A stretch of 64,000 nt of DNA. It comes from Macrostomum hystrix (lineage: Eukaryota > Animalia > Platyhelminthes). The DNA is taken from contig CATNEN010000007.1 of assembly GCA_950097015.1 (NCBI GenBank), positions 10,044,001-10,108,000 of the forward strand, read 5' to 3'. Shown here piece after piece: positions 51,453 through 64,000 of the stretch. Below the pieces are notes generated by a model. The model was not told the DNA's origin. It saw nothing but the letters and a program-made list of their open reading frames with translations, and searched no databases. Each line of letters opens with the position of its first letter. Positions within the stretch are counted from its first letter, which is position 1. The position numbers were made by a program, and so were the translations under genes.

Positions 51453-52050
51453 GCTGATTTATATTGTGCATCCATCGGAATCGGTAAGCCAATGCAGTTG
51501 CAGAAAGAGGCAATTCAATTAGCCCAATTGTTATTTATCCAGTGGATAATTTATCCAATAGACTGTTTGGCGCCCGGCTGATTTGACGGTATATTTAGCT
51601 GATCATATAAGCGCTACTGTCTACTGCGAGTAGCATTTGCTGCAAATTGTAACTCAACCAGTAAAGTACAAAACAAGAAGCAATTAAGCGACTAAAGTGG
51701 AGGGGGTTAGCTGTACTTCAGTTCGCGCTGTGCTGGTTAAACTCTTGACATGTGGGCCGCCTGTAAAAGGTGCCACACGGACCATCGCTGCCTAAAGCTT
51801 CACACAGACCGCGATCTGCTAATGTACATGCTAGGGTTAGGAAGTCAAAGTTAAGGCCTCGACCTGACAGTTTCAGTATAATTTTTCAAAATCGCACTGA
51901 CAAAAGGCGAAGTTTTAGTCAAAGTCAAGTAAGATTTTTTGGACAAACAGCGCTCTCCTACTTAGATCAGACAATAGACATAAATTCAGAAAACTAGTTA
52001 AACGATCAGTCATTAGCTACTACCAGTAGTGTCATAAAAGTGTTTTTCAG

Positions 52051-54263
52051 TTACTGCTCTCCGAAAGCCCGCTGAATGGTGGGACCCTGGGCCTTCAGGT
52101 AGGGCGAGTGCTCGTCCATTTTGCGATCCTTGTAGGAGGAAGGCGCCGGACCAGCTGCGGGTGCAGAGTGAGATAAAAGTACTCTTAGCTGCACTTTAAC
52201 ATCAGCCGAATCCGGAGAAGAACAAAGCGTAATAAAGTCACTCACCAGCCTCTGACTGAGGCAGCTGGCTTTCCAGGATCTGGTAGGTCTTGGGCACCAC
52301 ATTCTTGAAGGTGGGCCCGCCGTGGCGCCAGACGTGCTCCTCGGACACCTCGCTCTGGCGCTGCTGCTGCTGCTCGGAGGGCGCCGTCTGAGCGGAGTAG
52401 GCGGCCACGTTGAAGCCGCGCCTGTAGTAAAGGTTGAGATGGCTTGTAGGTTGGGTAGGGTTGCAGATTCGGTATTGTTGTAGATTGGGTAGGGTTGCAG
52501 ATTCGGTATTGTTGTAGATTGGGTAGGGTTGCAGATTCGGTATTGTTGTAGATTGGGTAGGGTTGCAGATTCGGTATTGTTGTAGATTGGGTAAGGGTTG
52601 CTGATTCGGTATTGTTGTAGATTGGGTAGGGTTGCAGATTCGGTATTGTTGTAGATTGGGTAGGGTTGCAGATTCGGTATTGTTGTAGATTGGGTAGGGT
52701 TGCAGATTCGGTATTATTGTAGATTGGGTAGGGTTGCAGATTCGGTATTGTTGTAGATTGGGTAGGGTTGCAGATTCGGTATTATTGTAGATTGGGTAGG
52801 GTTGCAGATTCGGTATTGTAGATTGGGTAGGGTTGCAGATTCGGTATTGTTGTAGATTGGGTAAGGGTTGCAGATTCGGTATTGTTGTAGATTGGGTAGG
52901 GTTGCAGATTCGGTATTGTTGTAGATTGGGTAGGGGTTGCAGATTCGGTATTGTTGTAGATTGGGTAGGGTTGCAGATTCGGTAGTGTAGTAGACTGGGT
53001 AGGGTTGCAGATTCGGTATTGTAGATTGGGTAGGGGTTGCAGATTCGGTATTGTTGTAGATTGGGTAGGGTTGCAGATTCGGTATCGTTGTAGATTGGGT
53101 AGGGGTTGCAGATTCGGTAATGTTGTAGATTGGGTAGGGGTTGCAGATTCGGTATTGTTGTAGATTGGGTAGGGGTTGCAGATTCGGTATTGTTGTAGAT
53201 TGGGTAGGGTTGCAGATTCGGTATTGTTGTAGATTGGGTAGGGTTGCAGATTCGGTATCGTTGTAGATTGGGTAGGGGTTGCAGATTCGGTATTGTTGTA
53301 GATTGGGTAGGGGTTGCAGATTCGGTATTGTTGTAGATTGGGTAGGGGTTGCAGATTCGGTATTGTTGTAGATTGGGTAGGGGTTGCAGATTCGGTATTG
53401 TTGTAGATTGGGTAGGGTTGCAGATTCGGTATTGTTGTAGATTGGGTAGGGGTTGCAGATTCGGAAGGGTTAAATATTGGGTAGTGTTGCAGATTCGGTA
53501 GTGTAGTAGACTGGGTAGGGTTGCAGATTCGGTATGGTTGTAGGTTGGGTGGGTTGCAGATTAGGCAAGCTCACGGACCATCAAAATTATATGGTTTATA
53601 ACTAATAAAATAAAGTTGCTCACTTTTTAACAGTGAAGTCGAGCTCGTTGCCAGCTCGTAGAATCTCCGCTTTCACCTGGCCGTGCGTGAACTCTGCGCA
53701 CCAGGTCTGGCAGATCTTCACGATCACGTCTCCGGGCTCAAGGCCCGACTTGTGCGCGATGCCGTTGCGAGTGATCTGCGATTGAGGGGCGGGTTGGTGT
53801 GAGTGATCTGCGATTGAGGGGCGGGTGGGTGCGAGTGATCTGCGATTGAGGGGCGGGTGGGTGCGAGTGATCTGCGATTGAGGGGCGGGTGGGTGCGAGT
53901 GATCTGCGATTGAGGGGCGGGTTGGTGTGAGTGATATGCGATTGAGGGGCGGGTGGATGCGAGTGATCTGCGATTGAGTGACAGGTGGATGCGAGTGATC
54001 TGCGATTGAGTGACAGGTGGATGCGAGTGATCTGCGATTGAGTGACAGGTGGATGCGAGTGATCTGCAATTGAGTGACAGGTGGATGCGAGTGATCTGCA
54101 ATTCAGTGACAGGTGGATGCGAGTGATCTGCGATCGATCTGTGACCCACCTTGTGCACGAACACCGGCAGTCCCATGTCCGAGCCGCCCTGCACAGCGAA
54201 GCCCCAGGACTTGTCGCTGGAGTGCCGCCTCAGGTTGATGACCACGTAGCCCTGCCCGTCCAT
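52051..54263 (-). CDS. Small PDZ-domain protein (PDLIM/Zasp-like, no LIM domain); complement(join(52051..52154,52246..52421,53624..53775,54150..54263)), 181 aa
   Basis: SWGFAVQGGSDMGLPVFVHK|ITRNGIAHKSGLEPGDVIVKI...THGQVKAEILRAGNELDFTVK is a PDZ domain. Exon phases are consistent and there is an in-frame stop upstream of the ATG. Confidence 0.85.
52445..53562. repeat. Intronic minisatellite, ~34-bp unit (GATTCGGTATTGTTGTAGATTGGGTAGGGTTGCA)
   Basis: Tandem copies. Confidence 0.95.
53767..54134. repeat. 32-bp tandem repeat containing the intron 3' splice site and exon start
   Basis: Minus-strand unit CAATCGCAG|ATCACTCGCA+13 nt, 12 occurrences. Confidence 0.95.
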
Positions 54264-54962
54264 CCTGTACGTGCTCTTGTGGCAGCCGTGCGCTGGTGGA
54301 ATCCTGGTTGCTGAATTGTCCAGAATTTACCTGAGAGTTAAGGTGGGCCAGCAGGCTAAATACTTATCTATGGGGATCAAGCCAGGCCTCCCCTCCCTCT
54401 GCTTCCCCTGCATCCATTGCGGGCTGCATACCTGGCGCGTACATCGCTTGCTGAAGCCTTCTTTGGCGCTCTTCAAGAACTCCCTGCCATTCCCACCCCC
54501 AAGGCCGCTCGCCTCTTCGGTGGGTACAAAATTATCGATCGCGGAACGGGAAGAATATAGGAAAATGAGAGGATCAGAAAACGCCCGGAAAAGCGAATTG
54601 GGAGGCGAACATGCGATTTCCGATCTCTGCTGGGTGGCTATCCGCCATACTTTGCCTGGCAGTGGCGCTCGGGGGGTTGAAGTAGCGATTTCAATGAGGG
54701 TTGGGAATTTAAGTAAGACGGATGGGATTAAAAGAGCGAAAGGGTCACGGAGGGAGAGGCAGGATGCGCAGCTGCAATGTACCCAGCGTTTTCCCCAGGC
54801 CGCACATTCTGCCACCCCGGGCCGCACTGGGACCAAAAAACGCTGCGGCTTGGAACAGCTCGCATGGAAAGCGGACAGCTTGTGCGGATTGCTACTGTTA
54901 GTAGGAGAAGCGCCGACGAAAAAAAACTTGCAAATATTTTTTCAGTCGAAACTCTTGTTTAA

Positions 54963-55272
54963 CAGCGACCCTACTTTTCTCCAAATCCCTCAGCGACCTA
55001 CCTTTCCCCAAATCCCTCAGCGACCTACCTTTCCCCAAATCCCTCAGCGACCTACCTTTCCTTAAATCCCTCAGCGACCTACCTTTCCCCAAATCCCTCA
55101 GCGACCTACCTTTCCCCAAATCCCTCAGCGACCTACCTTTCCTCAAATCCCTCAGCGACCTACCTTTCCCCAAATCCCTCAGCGACCTACCTTTCCCCAA
55201 ATCCCTCAGCGACCTACCCTTCCTCAAATCCCTCAGCGACCTACCTTTCCCCAAATCCCTCAGCGACCTGCC
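54963..55272. repeat. Minisatellite, 27-bp unit (CAAATCCCTCAGCGACCTACCTTTCCC)
   Basis: About 11 copies. Confidence 0.95.
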
Positions 55273-55672
55273 TCTAACTCTTTATGAACGTTTCTCAGAG
55301 GACCCTTCTTTAGGTTCGGTTCCCCAATGTGACGCAATGCATTTCCTATTTTTTTTTATTCGCCGGCTTCACATCGCGGATATGCAGAAGAAAAGTTTAC
55401 TAACGTACGCTCGTAATTAAAAACCAATTTCGGTTTCTTGTCACAGCTGTTAACAGGATTCAGGATATCCATTCTATTCTATTCTTTTGTATTTGGTTCG
55501 CATGACTAGCAAATAAAGACATTGTGCTCAATAAGTGTGAGTGCACAGGACAGACAGCGGACACGCTACCCTGGCTAGGGAAACACAATACGCAATTGAC
55601 AGTACGGACAGAAAAGCTGCGAGTCAGTTTGAGTAGCCCTGCAGAAATGCATCTCAGGCCGATGCCGATTGG

Positions 55673-58653
55673 TCACAGCTCATCGTGGCTGCTGGGGGCG
55701 AAGTCGCCGAAGTGGGTGGCCTGGTGCCCGACGAAGGTCTCCCAGTTCTTCATCACCTCCTCCTTGCTCAGCGCCTTGTCGCGGTCTTCGTCAGCCACCT
55801 CAAACAGGTGCTTGGCCTCCTGCGAATCGTGAGACAGGTCACGTGGTCAGGGTGTGCTTTAAGAAAGTGGTCACCCCAGCGGCCACCCCAGCTTGTCCTC
55901 CAGCAAGCGGCCACCCCAGCTTGTCCTCCAGCAAGCGGCCACCCCAGCTTGTCCTCCAGCAAGCGGCCACCCCAGCTTGTCCTCACCCGCTTGGTGTGGT
56001 CCATGTCCTCAGGCACGACCCACTTGTACACCTCGTCAGCGCTAAGGAAGCCGTCCTTGTTCTGGTCGAGGCTCATCTGCGGTGAAAGAAAGACATATAT
56101 TCTTGGAATTCTAAAAAACCAGCTCGTTTAGCTCCTCAGGTTTCAACGCTTTTACCATTTAGAACAATAATCAATTGTTTTTTAGTCCCTTCTTCCACCC
56201 TACTCTGCCGCTTTCCCATATCACTCCCTCACTCAATAACCCCCTCACCCACTTATTCCCTCACTCACTACCTCACTCTCTCACTCCCTACTGTCAAACC
56301 CTCACTTTCTCTTCTCATATTTCGGATCCCTCGACTCATCAAGTCCCTTCCTCTCACTGACTATTTCCCTTCGCTTTCATTGGATTATCATTTTGCTTTC
56401 CCCATTCTATTTCTTTCATCGCCGATTACCTGAGCAAACGAGTATGCCAGCATTCCCAGTTGCCAAGCGGCCTCACCTTGAAAAACTCCTCCTCCTTCAC
56501 CACCCACTTGGGCAGCTTCTTGCCCTCTCGCTTCTCCTTCTCGTACTCCGGGTACAGCTCGCGCATGTACTCGGCCAGGTCGATCTTGCCGTCCCGGTTC
56601 AGGTCCGACACGTTTAGCGTCTCCTGAACCACCACGTCCTTCATCCTCGGCGAGTGCTCGGCGAACATGAAGTCGGCGAACTCCGCCTTGTCGATCTTCT
56701 TGTCGCCATTGGCGTCGGCCTTGGCCCAGCGAGCCTCGTCCTTCGACATCTGCTGGGCGAAGCTGGCCTCCGTCTCTTTGTCTGCTGGCTCGTCGCCAAT
56801 CACCTCGTGATGCATCGCCTTCTTCCAGTCATCGCTGCAGTGGGTAGGATGATATTTCGATTGACAGGGTGAGATTTCCAATGACAAAGTGAAATTTCCA
56901 TTGACACTGGGTGAGATTTCAATTGACAGGTGAGATTTCGATTGACAGGGTGAGATTTCCATTGACAGGGTGAGATTTCCATTGACAGGGTGAGATGTCC
57001 ATTGACACTGGGTGAGATTTCTATGACAGGTGAGATTTCGATTGACAGGTTGAGATTTCCATTTTCAGGGTGAGATTTCGATTAAGAGGGTGACATTTCC
57101 GAAGCCCGTGAGAAACTTTCCTAGAGATCGGGTCCAGACGGACTCACAAGCTTAGCGAGGTGTTCATCTCCTTCTCTGGCGCGCTGATGGCCGCCTTGAT
57201 GCTGTGGAACCTGGCCTCCACCTGCTTCTCCCGCTCCTGCCGGGCCACCTCGGCCAGCCAGGCCTCCATCTCGGGCTCGGTCACCTTCGTGTCGTTGTTC
57301 GTGTCGATCTTGGCGAACAGTTCGGCCAGCTTCTTCTTGGACTCCTCGGCGGACATCTCTTCGAAGCGGCGAGATTCGTCGCGGCCTGTGTTGGAAGGCG
57401 AGAGGAAATCACAGCACCCATTGTGACACCAAGAACAGCAGCAAGCACAGCACCCATCGTGACACCAAGAACAGCAGCAAACACAGCACCCATCGTGACA
57501 CCAAGAACAGCAGCAAGCACAGCACCCATTGTGACACCAAGAACAGCAGCAAACACAGGACCCATTGTGACACCAAGAACAGCAGCAAACACAGCACCCA
57601 TCGTGACACCAAGAACAGCAGCAAGCACAGCACCCATTGTGACACCAAGAACAGCAGCAAACACAGCACCCATCGTGACACCAAGAACAGCAGCAAGCAC
57701 AGCACCCATTGTGACACCAAGAACAGCAGCAAACACAGGACCCATTGTGACACCAAGAACAGCAGCAAACACAGCACCCATCGTGACACCAAGAACAGCA
57801 GCAAGCACAGCACCCATTGTGACACCAAGAACAGCAGCAAGCCCAGGACCCATTGTGACACCAAGAACAGCAGCAAACACAGCACCCATTGTGACACCAA
57901 GAACAGCAGCAAACACAGGACCCATTGTGACACCAAGAACAGCAGCAAACACAGCACCCATTGTGACACCAAGAACAGCAGCAAGCACAGCACCCATTGT
58001 GACACCAAGAACAGCAGCAAACACAGCACCCATCGTGACACCAAGAACAGCAGCAAGCACAGCACCCATCGTGACACCAAGAACAGCAGCAAGCCCAGGA
58101 CCCATTGTGACACCAAGAACAGCAGCAAACACAGCACCCATCGTGACACCAAGAACAGCAGCAAGCCCAGGACCCATTGTGACACCAAGAACAGCAGCAA
58201 ACACAGCACCCATCGTGACACCAAGAACAGCAGCAAGCCCAGGACCCATTGTGACACCAAGAACAGCAGCAAACACAGGACCCATTGTGACACCAAGAAC
58301 AGCAGAAAGCACAGCACCCATTGTGACACCAAGAACAGCAGCAAACACAGGACCCATTGTGACACCAAGAACAGCCGCTCACCCAAGAATGACTCGTGGT
58401 CGTAGCGCGTTTCGTGCCTCCGTCCGCGCCGCCTACCGCCGTCGTGGTCTCCATCGTCATCGTCGTCGTCGCCATGTCCTCTATCATCGTCTCCATGGTC
58501 CGCTTCCGAAGGTGGTGAGTCGTGAACTCGCGAGTCGCGTCGCCGACCGTGCCGGCCTTCGCCGTCGCCTTCGCCAGCCGAGACAGACAGGGCCGTCAGC
58601 GCCAGCAACGCCAGCAGCAACACAGATGCTTGAAGCAGTCTATTGCCTGGCAT
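55673..58653 (-). CDS. Calumenin/reticulocalbin (CREC-family multi-EF-hand ER protein); complement(join(55673..55819,55987..56076,56477..56834,57148..57385,58383..58653)), 367 aa
   Basis: Signal peptide MPGNRLLQASVLLLALLALTALSVSA, YDHESFLG motif, EF-hands (DTNNDTKVTEPE, DANGDKKIDKAE, DLNRDGKIDLAE, DQNKDGFLSADE) and C-terminal HDEL. Confidence 0.93.
55877..55984. repeat. Intronic tandem repeat, 28-bp unit, ~4 copies
   Basis: CAGCAAGCGGCCACCCCAGCTTGTCCTC repeated. Confidence 0.85.
56853..57100. repeat. Intronic minisatellite, ~20-bp unit (ATTGACAGGGTGAGATTTCC)
   Basis: About 12 degenerate copies. Confidence 0.85.
57410..58374. repeat. Intronic minisatellite, 36-bp unit (ACAGCACCCATTGTGACACCAAGAACAGCAGCAAAC)
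   Basis: About 27 copies; the unit is a multiple of 3, producing spurious long ORFs on both strands. Confidence 0.95.
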
Positions 58654-58792
58654 TCTCTCTTTTTGGTTCGGGCAGCGCGATTCAACAGTCACAGAGGAAT
58701 TGTGGAAAGATGAAGAACTGGGGACCGACCCGTCTATTTAATATCCCGACTGTTCTCCTCCTAGAGGAGGTGGTCGGAGCCGCTGTGGAATC

Positions 58793-58818
58793 TGACGTGG
58801 CTCCGTGTCACTGATTGG
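58793..58818 (-). promoter_or_regulatory. UPRE (TGACGTGG) plus CCAAT box in the calumenin promoter
   Basis: TGACGTGG at 58793-58800 and ATTGG at 58814-58818, ~55-80 bp upstream of a TATA-like TATTAAATAG (~58734-58743, - strand). Confidence 0.5.
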
Positions 58819-60018
58819 CCGGGGTACCATGGCGGGCTGGGTCGATTTGTCGGAGAGTTCGAGCGCATCCGCTGTTTGCCAAGCCTTCAGCGAGTCACAG
58901 CGGGGGTCCGCGCGCTGCGCCGACTGTCTGCCCCGGCACAGATCCTCACTAATTGCACTCGCGTCCCTCCCAGCTCATTGTGCAGCTCTCGCACAAATTT
59001 TCTGCCACCAGCTCAGAGACAGGTGCTGCCTCCCAGCCATTGGCGATTGCTGTGTGAGCAAGTCCGCTTGAGAACTGCTCAGCTGAGCTGCCGTTGCCAC
59101 AGCTGAGCAGCCTAGCGCTGAGCGCTGACTTGAGAACAGTTTTAAACTTAGAAACAAAAGTCTTGAAATGATCGGTGCAAACAGAGCTGTGCTTGTTCTG
59201 TGCCGTCTGACAAACTCTTGTTTAGACCACAACTTCCAAAGCAACTTCACGCTTGACACGTCTTGTTTGCTGACGTCAGTCGACGGCTTTGGTTGGGCCC
59301 CGAATTCAGCAAATCAATCTTACCTAACTCAATAGCAGCGAGTGCATAGACCCGAGGAACATCTTTAACAGTGGAACTACCACGGGGAGTTTCAAATACT
59401 CGCATTTTGTTTTTCTGTATCGCCACAAATATTGAACCAATCGCCTTGAAAATGCAGAACACGGGCTAAAACATCCAGAATCATAAAACGTGGGCATTGT
59501 CGAGATATTCAACGCTTAAATGGTTCAACTTCGTCGCTTTGTCGTCTATTAATGTCGACTATATTGTACTGATTATATTTTTAATTGTATCATTGAACCA
59601 GTATGGATTCGCTATTGACGTGTCTACAAAGCGATGTTAGACGGCTTTTAAAGTTGGTTCATTGTAAATGGCGGAAAATTTTGATCCATATGGTGGACTT
59701 TCACGAAAGTCGGTCATTCGGTTTGCGAGCTATTGTGAATTAGGCAGTGGGTATTTGAAATGCTACCGTGGTCATTCCCAAGGGCAAATATTAGCGTGCT
59801 ATTTCTACAGTTAAGCAATTCTCGTAAGTTAATGTATTTTTTATTCCTAGTGTTATTTTTTATGCTAAAAATACTTTCAAAACCTATTTTCACATTCATT
59901 AATGTATAGCTAATCATCAAAGTATATCACATCCTTAGATATAAAACTCTGAGCAATGCTGCATTCTTGTTTTTGGAAATTATGGTGTGTGAATACCTAC
60001 ACCTGTCTAACAGGCGAA

Positions 60019-60648
60019 TACACACACCTGTATAACAGGTGAACACACACCCGTATAACAGGTGAACACACACTCATATAACAGGTGAATACACACCCGT
60101 ATAACAGGTGAACACACACCCGTATAACAGGTGAACACACACCCGTATAACAGGTGAACACACACCCGTATAACAGGTAAACACACACCCGTATAACAGG
60201 TGAACACACACCCGTATAACAGGTAAACACACACCCGTATAACAGGTGAACACACACCCGTATAACAGGTAAACACACACCCGTAGAACAGGTGAACACA
60301 CACCCGTATAACAGGTAAACACACACCCGTAGAACAGGTGAACACACACCCGTATAACAGGTAAACACACACCCGTAGAACAGGTGAACACACACCCGTA
60401 TAACAGGTAAACACACACCCGTAGAACAGGTGAACACACACCCGTATAACAGGTAAACACACACCCGTATAACAGGTGAACACACACCCGTATAACAGGT
60501 AAACACACACCCGTATAACAGGTGAACACACACCCGTATAACAGGTAAACACACACCCGTAGAACAGGTGAACACACACCCGTATAACAGTAAACACACA
60601 CCCGTAGAACAGGTGAACACACACCCGTATAACAGGTGAACACACACA
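60019..60648. repeat. Minisatellite, ~23-bp unit (ACACACACCCGTATAACAGGTGA)
   Basis: Tandem copies, followed by a 14-bp repeat (CATCAACTGAGTCC) at ~60654-60729. Confidence 0.95.
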
Positions 60649-60884
60649 TAACTCATCAACTGAGTCCCATCAACTGAGTCCCATCAACTGAGTCCCATCA
60701 ACTGAGTCCCATCAACTGAGTCCCATCAAGTAATAAGCTAATAAGGTATTCCTCAATTAAAGAATTGTTAATTGTGTACTTTTAGTCTAACTGGTATGGT
60801 GTCTGATACTCGTATATTTGTTTTGTCGATAAAAATTTATTTAGTACACGTGGCAGTCAGGGCACCCAGTTTTGCGTCTGTCCG

Positions 60885-61644
60885 TCACTCCGGCCGGTGC
60901 ACATGCCGCAAGACATTGTTCATGTCCATCTCCTTCCTGCGCTGGTCCATTGCCGCCTCCACCCGATCAGTCAGGGCGCTGTCCGTAAAGTACTCTGAGC
61001 GTGTTCAGATGAATTTACAAAAGTTTAACTAATGGTATCCAAGGGCGCTAAGCAACGCGCATGTCCAATTGTTATCAGCCACCCCACAATTCACAAATGG
61101 CTCACCAGCTGCAAATTCGCGGACATTGGCCGGCTTTCGAACAAATACCTCCCTGCGTGATGATATTGTTGTGGGTCAGGGAAGTTTTATAACGGATTTA
61201 TTAATTATGAGATGTGGCGCCTCTTTTGCTTCCGTATGACTTTACTTCTCAGTCACCCCGCAAAAAATCTACACTTTATAAATTCTGCTTTTTACAATCA
61301 ATACAGATTCAATAGCGACTTAATTTGGCTTAGTTCTCTCTTGTCATTAAACTTGTGGTCCCGAAATGTACTTTACCAAACTACTGAAAATTTTCTGGCC
61401 CTCCTTGTACCAAACTACTATTGACGAATGCTCACTGCAGGAAGCCCGAGATGAGACAGTCAACCTCGGGATGGGCCCGAAGGTAGGCCTCATTAGCAAG
61501 GCGCTTCTTTATCTTCACTTCATTTAGTTTGCGCTGCTGCTCTTCACTGAGAGCGCCGAGGTCGTCGCCACCGCCCAGGTCGTAGGGCTCCATGGAGTGC
61601 GGTGGGTCATGCTTGGGCTTGGCTGCTCTGTTCCCAGTAGACAT
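60885..61644 (-). CDS. RIIAD1: RIIa domain-containing protein 1-like; complement(join(60885..60994,61106..61152,61436..61644)), 121 aa
   Basis: DLGALSEEQQRKLNEVKIKKRLANEAYLRAHPEVDCLISGFLQEVFVRKPANVREFAAEYFTD is the RIIAD1 docking-domain pattern; phases are consistent. Confidence 0.88.
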
Positions 61645-63438
61645 CTCAAAACTCTGGCCTCAATTTGATAGTCGATTCTGAAAATCGTTCCGCAAAAAAT
61701 ATAATTTAAAAAATAATTATTGTATCTTTTTCTTTATATGGAATACACTTAAAATGTTTTAGTTCTTGACACCCAATTTTTTTAATGTCGAATTAAAAAC
61801 TTGCTTTTTTATTTGAAACGTAGCATGCCTGTAAAATAGGCATATCAATCGAAAGATAAATTGAAACCTGCTATATACTCGTAAATGATTTTTTGTATAA
61901 CAGAATGAGATACTTAAGATTGTAGTAGAATTAACTCGAGATTAGAGAATATTAGGCAAATATATAAATCAGTTATCGAAGAGTCAAATTAAAATTTGTG
62001 TTATAAAAAAGTAGCATTTTTGTGATAAATTATCTGGTGCTGAAATATGTATATTTAACTCTCATTTCTCAATCATATATTTCAATCAGAAAGTATTAAC
62101 ACGAGTCCATCTCTATCATAAACTATTTACAAAGAACTAATAAAATAAAATACCACACACGGCCTTACAATTGTTAACAAACGGTCTAGCTATCTACCTT
62201 AAAGTGGACTTCTTTTATTATCTTACCTTTTAAGTGCGATGAAAATGTGGAATATAAGCAAATTAGTTTCCTAAAAATATACTAAACAACCTCAATCAAA
62301 TTTTCTGAATTGACATTGACAATTTCTATATTTAAACAAAAGTTACGATATTTATAAGAAAGATGTGCATAACTTAACACATCGACCGCAATTTACTTCG
62401 AAAAGTTAACGAGTTATAGAAAAATTCTACATAATTACATTTATATTTCACAACATGCACTCTCACGAGGACGTTTGCACCGTTTGTTTGCGTATCATTT
62501 GCGTTTACATTCACCCTCATTCACTCAACACGCAGATGCACTGAATGTAAAAAATTTGAGATGATTCCTATATTTTTGCATGTTTCAGTTTTTCTGCTTG
62601 CTCTGATCAGATGTCTATTGATATTCCTATATTTGTTGACGTAGAGTAAGTCTAGGCCTATTTACTTGGAATGGATTTACAACAGTTAATTGAGCATGCA
62701 AGTGCTCAATGACAACAGAAATGAATAAATCATCGAAATATAACTTTACCTAATTTATCGAATTTTTATAAATCATTAAACAATAAACCACCTTTTGTCC
62801 ATACCAAGCAGAATTTAGGCCTATGATTTAATTAAAACTTCGATTTTTTGGTTTTTGTCGTAAGTTATGATATACTTGTATTGTATAAGAAAATAGAGCA
62901 AAACATCCATGAGTAAGCCTAGGGTATCAGAAAAGAGCGATGGCAATAAGCTAGGCTTATCACAATAATAACAAATTGCTAGGTAGCTAAAATTGAATAT
63001 ATCTACTCCTTTTTATTACCATCATTCATAACTGATTTTGTTTACTAAAGCAATTAAAACTAAATTAATATTTGTGATAAAAGACAACAAATTAGACTTT
63101 GTGAATTAACAAGCATATTTCAGAATTTAGATTTCAGATTTTATAATTCCTTGTTCCTTAGACAATTTTAAAGCTAGTCTTTGTATATTTAGTCTTACTT
63201 TCTAGATATGACAGTACTATCTGAATAAAGAAACAAAAAGCTGTTTATGACATTATTTTGTCATGAAATTTTAACTAAATAATACTTGGTTTCACTTACA
63301 ACTACTTTGGTACCATGCTAAAAATCTGAAAATATTAGCCAAAAAAATCAAACCAAATTCAGCTCCAGTGCCAGTAAATACAGAGGCTGATCCACTTATC
63401 TAACACAGTAGCTCAGTCAGTCAATTCTGAAAGCAGCC

Positions 63439-63882
63439 ATGGTGGAGCCAAGCAAGATTGTGCTGGCCCTAAAGGCCACACTGATCCCCAAGCAGCAGCG
63501 AGAGGCAGAGGCCTACCTGGACAGCATGAAGAAGATAATCTCCTTCTGCCCGACCCTGCTGGACATTGTGATGTGGCAGGAGGTGGACATCCCAGTCAGG
63601 CAGGCCGGAGCAGTCTACCTGAAGAACACGGTGAATCGATTCTGGCGCGAGCGTCAGCCGGACGCAGATCCGGGCGAGCCGCTGCCATTCAGCCTGCATG
63701 AGCAGGACAAGGCGCGCCTGAGGACCAGCCTGGTGCGGGCCATGCTGCTGGCGCCTGAGCCGCTGCGCCAGCAGCTGAAGGTCTGTGTGACGGTGGCGGC
63801 GCAGAACGACTTTCCCGGCCGCTGGTCCGAGGAGCTGCCGGAGCAACTGGCCGCCGCACTGTCCACAGATGCTGAGGACCAG
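63439..63882 (+). CDS. IPO7: Importin-7/8, first coding exon (gene continues beyond the window)
   Basis: MVEPSKIVLALKATL...REAEAYLD...VRQAGAVYLKNTVNRFW...FSLHEQDKARLR...APEPLRQQLKVCV...NDFPGRW (IBN_N domain), ending CAG|gtgcgg. Not present in the ORF track. Confidence 0.88.
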
Positions 63883-64000
63883 GTGCGGCTTCTGGGCGAA
63901 CTGTCCTTAGGCTTAGTCTCGTTTTCTTATTGTAGATATTCGCATAAAACTGTAGCATCCTTAGGGGCAGACGCAGCATTAGGTTGCGTGGAGATCGGAC

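Noticed and set aside
57144-58814. Cys-rich 450-aa, mucin-like 536-aa and hydrophobic repeat ORFs
   Set aside because: Translations of a 36-bp minisatellite inside the GT-AG intron 57386-58382; splicing restores the conserved DHESFLG-RDE CREC motif.

Overview
Eukaryotic (metazoan) genomic DNA with spliceosomal GT-AG introns, GC-rich exons, AT-rich 5' regions and many unrelated intronic minisatellites. This style suggests a free-living flatworm such as Macrostomum, but that is inference only. Genes reconstructed by hand with phase-consistent exons: alpha-tubulin (+), prolyl-tRNA synthetase (-), glutamyl-tRNA synthetase (-), an NKRF-like RNA-binding protein (+), an ankyrin-repeat protein (+), striatin (+), CALML4-like (+), a small PDZ protein (-), calumenin/reticulocalbin (-), RIIAD1-like (-) and the first exon of importin-7/8 (+). 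Mobile DNA: a complete Merlin/IS1595-family transposon, a decayed hAT, a Mutator-like remnant, MITEs, a LINE nested in a MITE, and a tRNA-derived SINE head. The most notable locus is 5.9-20.5 kb. The normally fused animal EPRS appears split into two adjacent head-to-tail genes, GST-GluRS-(WHEP)5-stop and Met-WHEP-ProRS. The introns between the duplicated WHEP exons hold seven box C/D snoRNA-like elements; six carry a guide complementary to the conserved 18S rRNA motif AAAAAAUUAGAGUG (exact in five, one mismatch in the sixth). A second oddity is a PDZ-gene intron built from tandem copies of its own 3' splice site.
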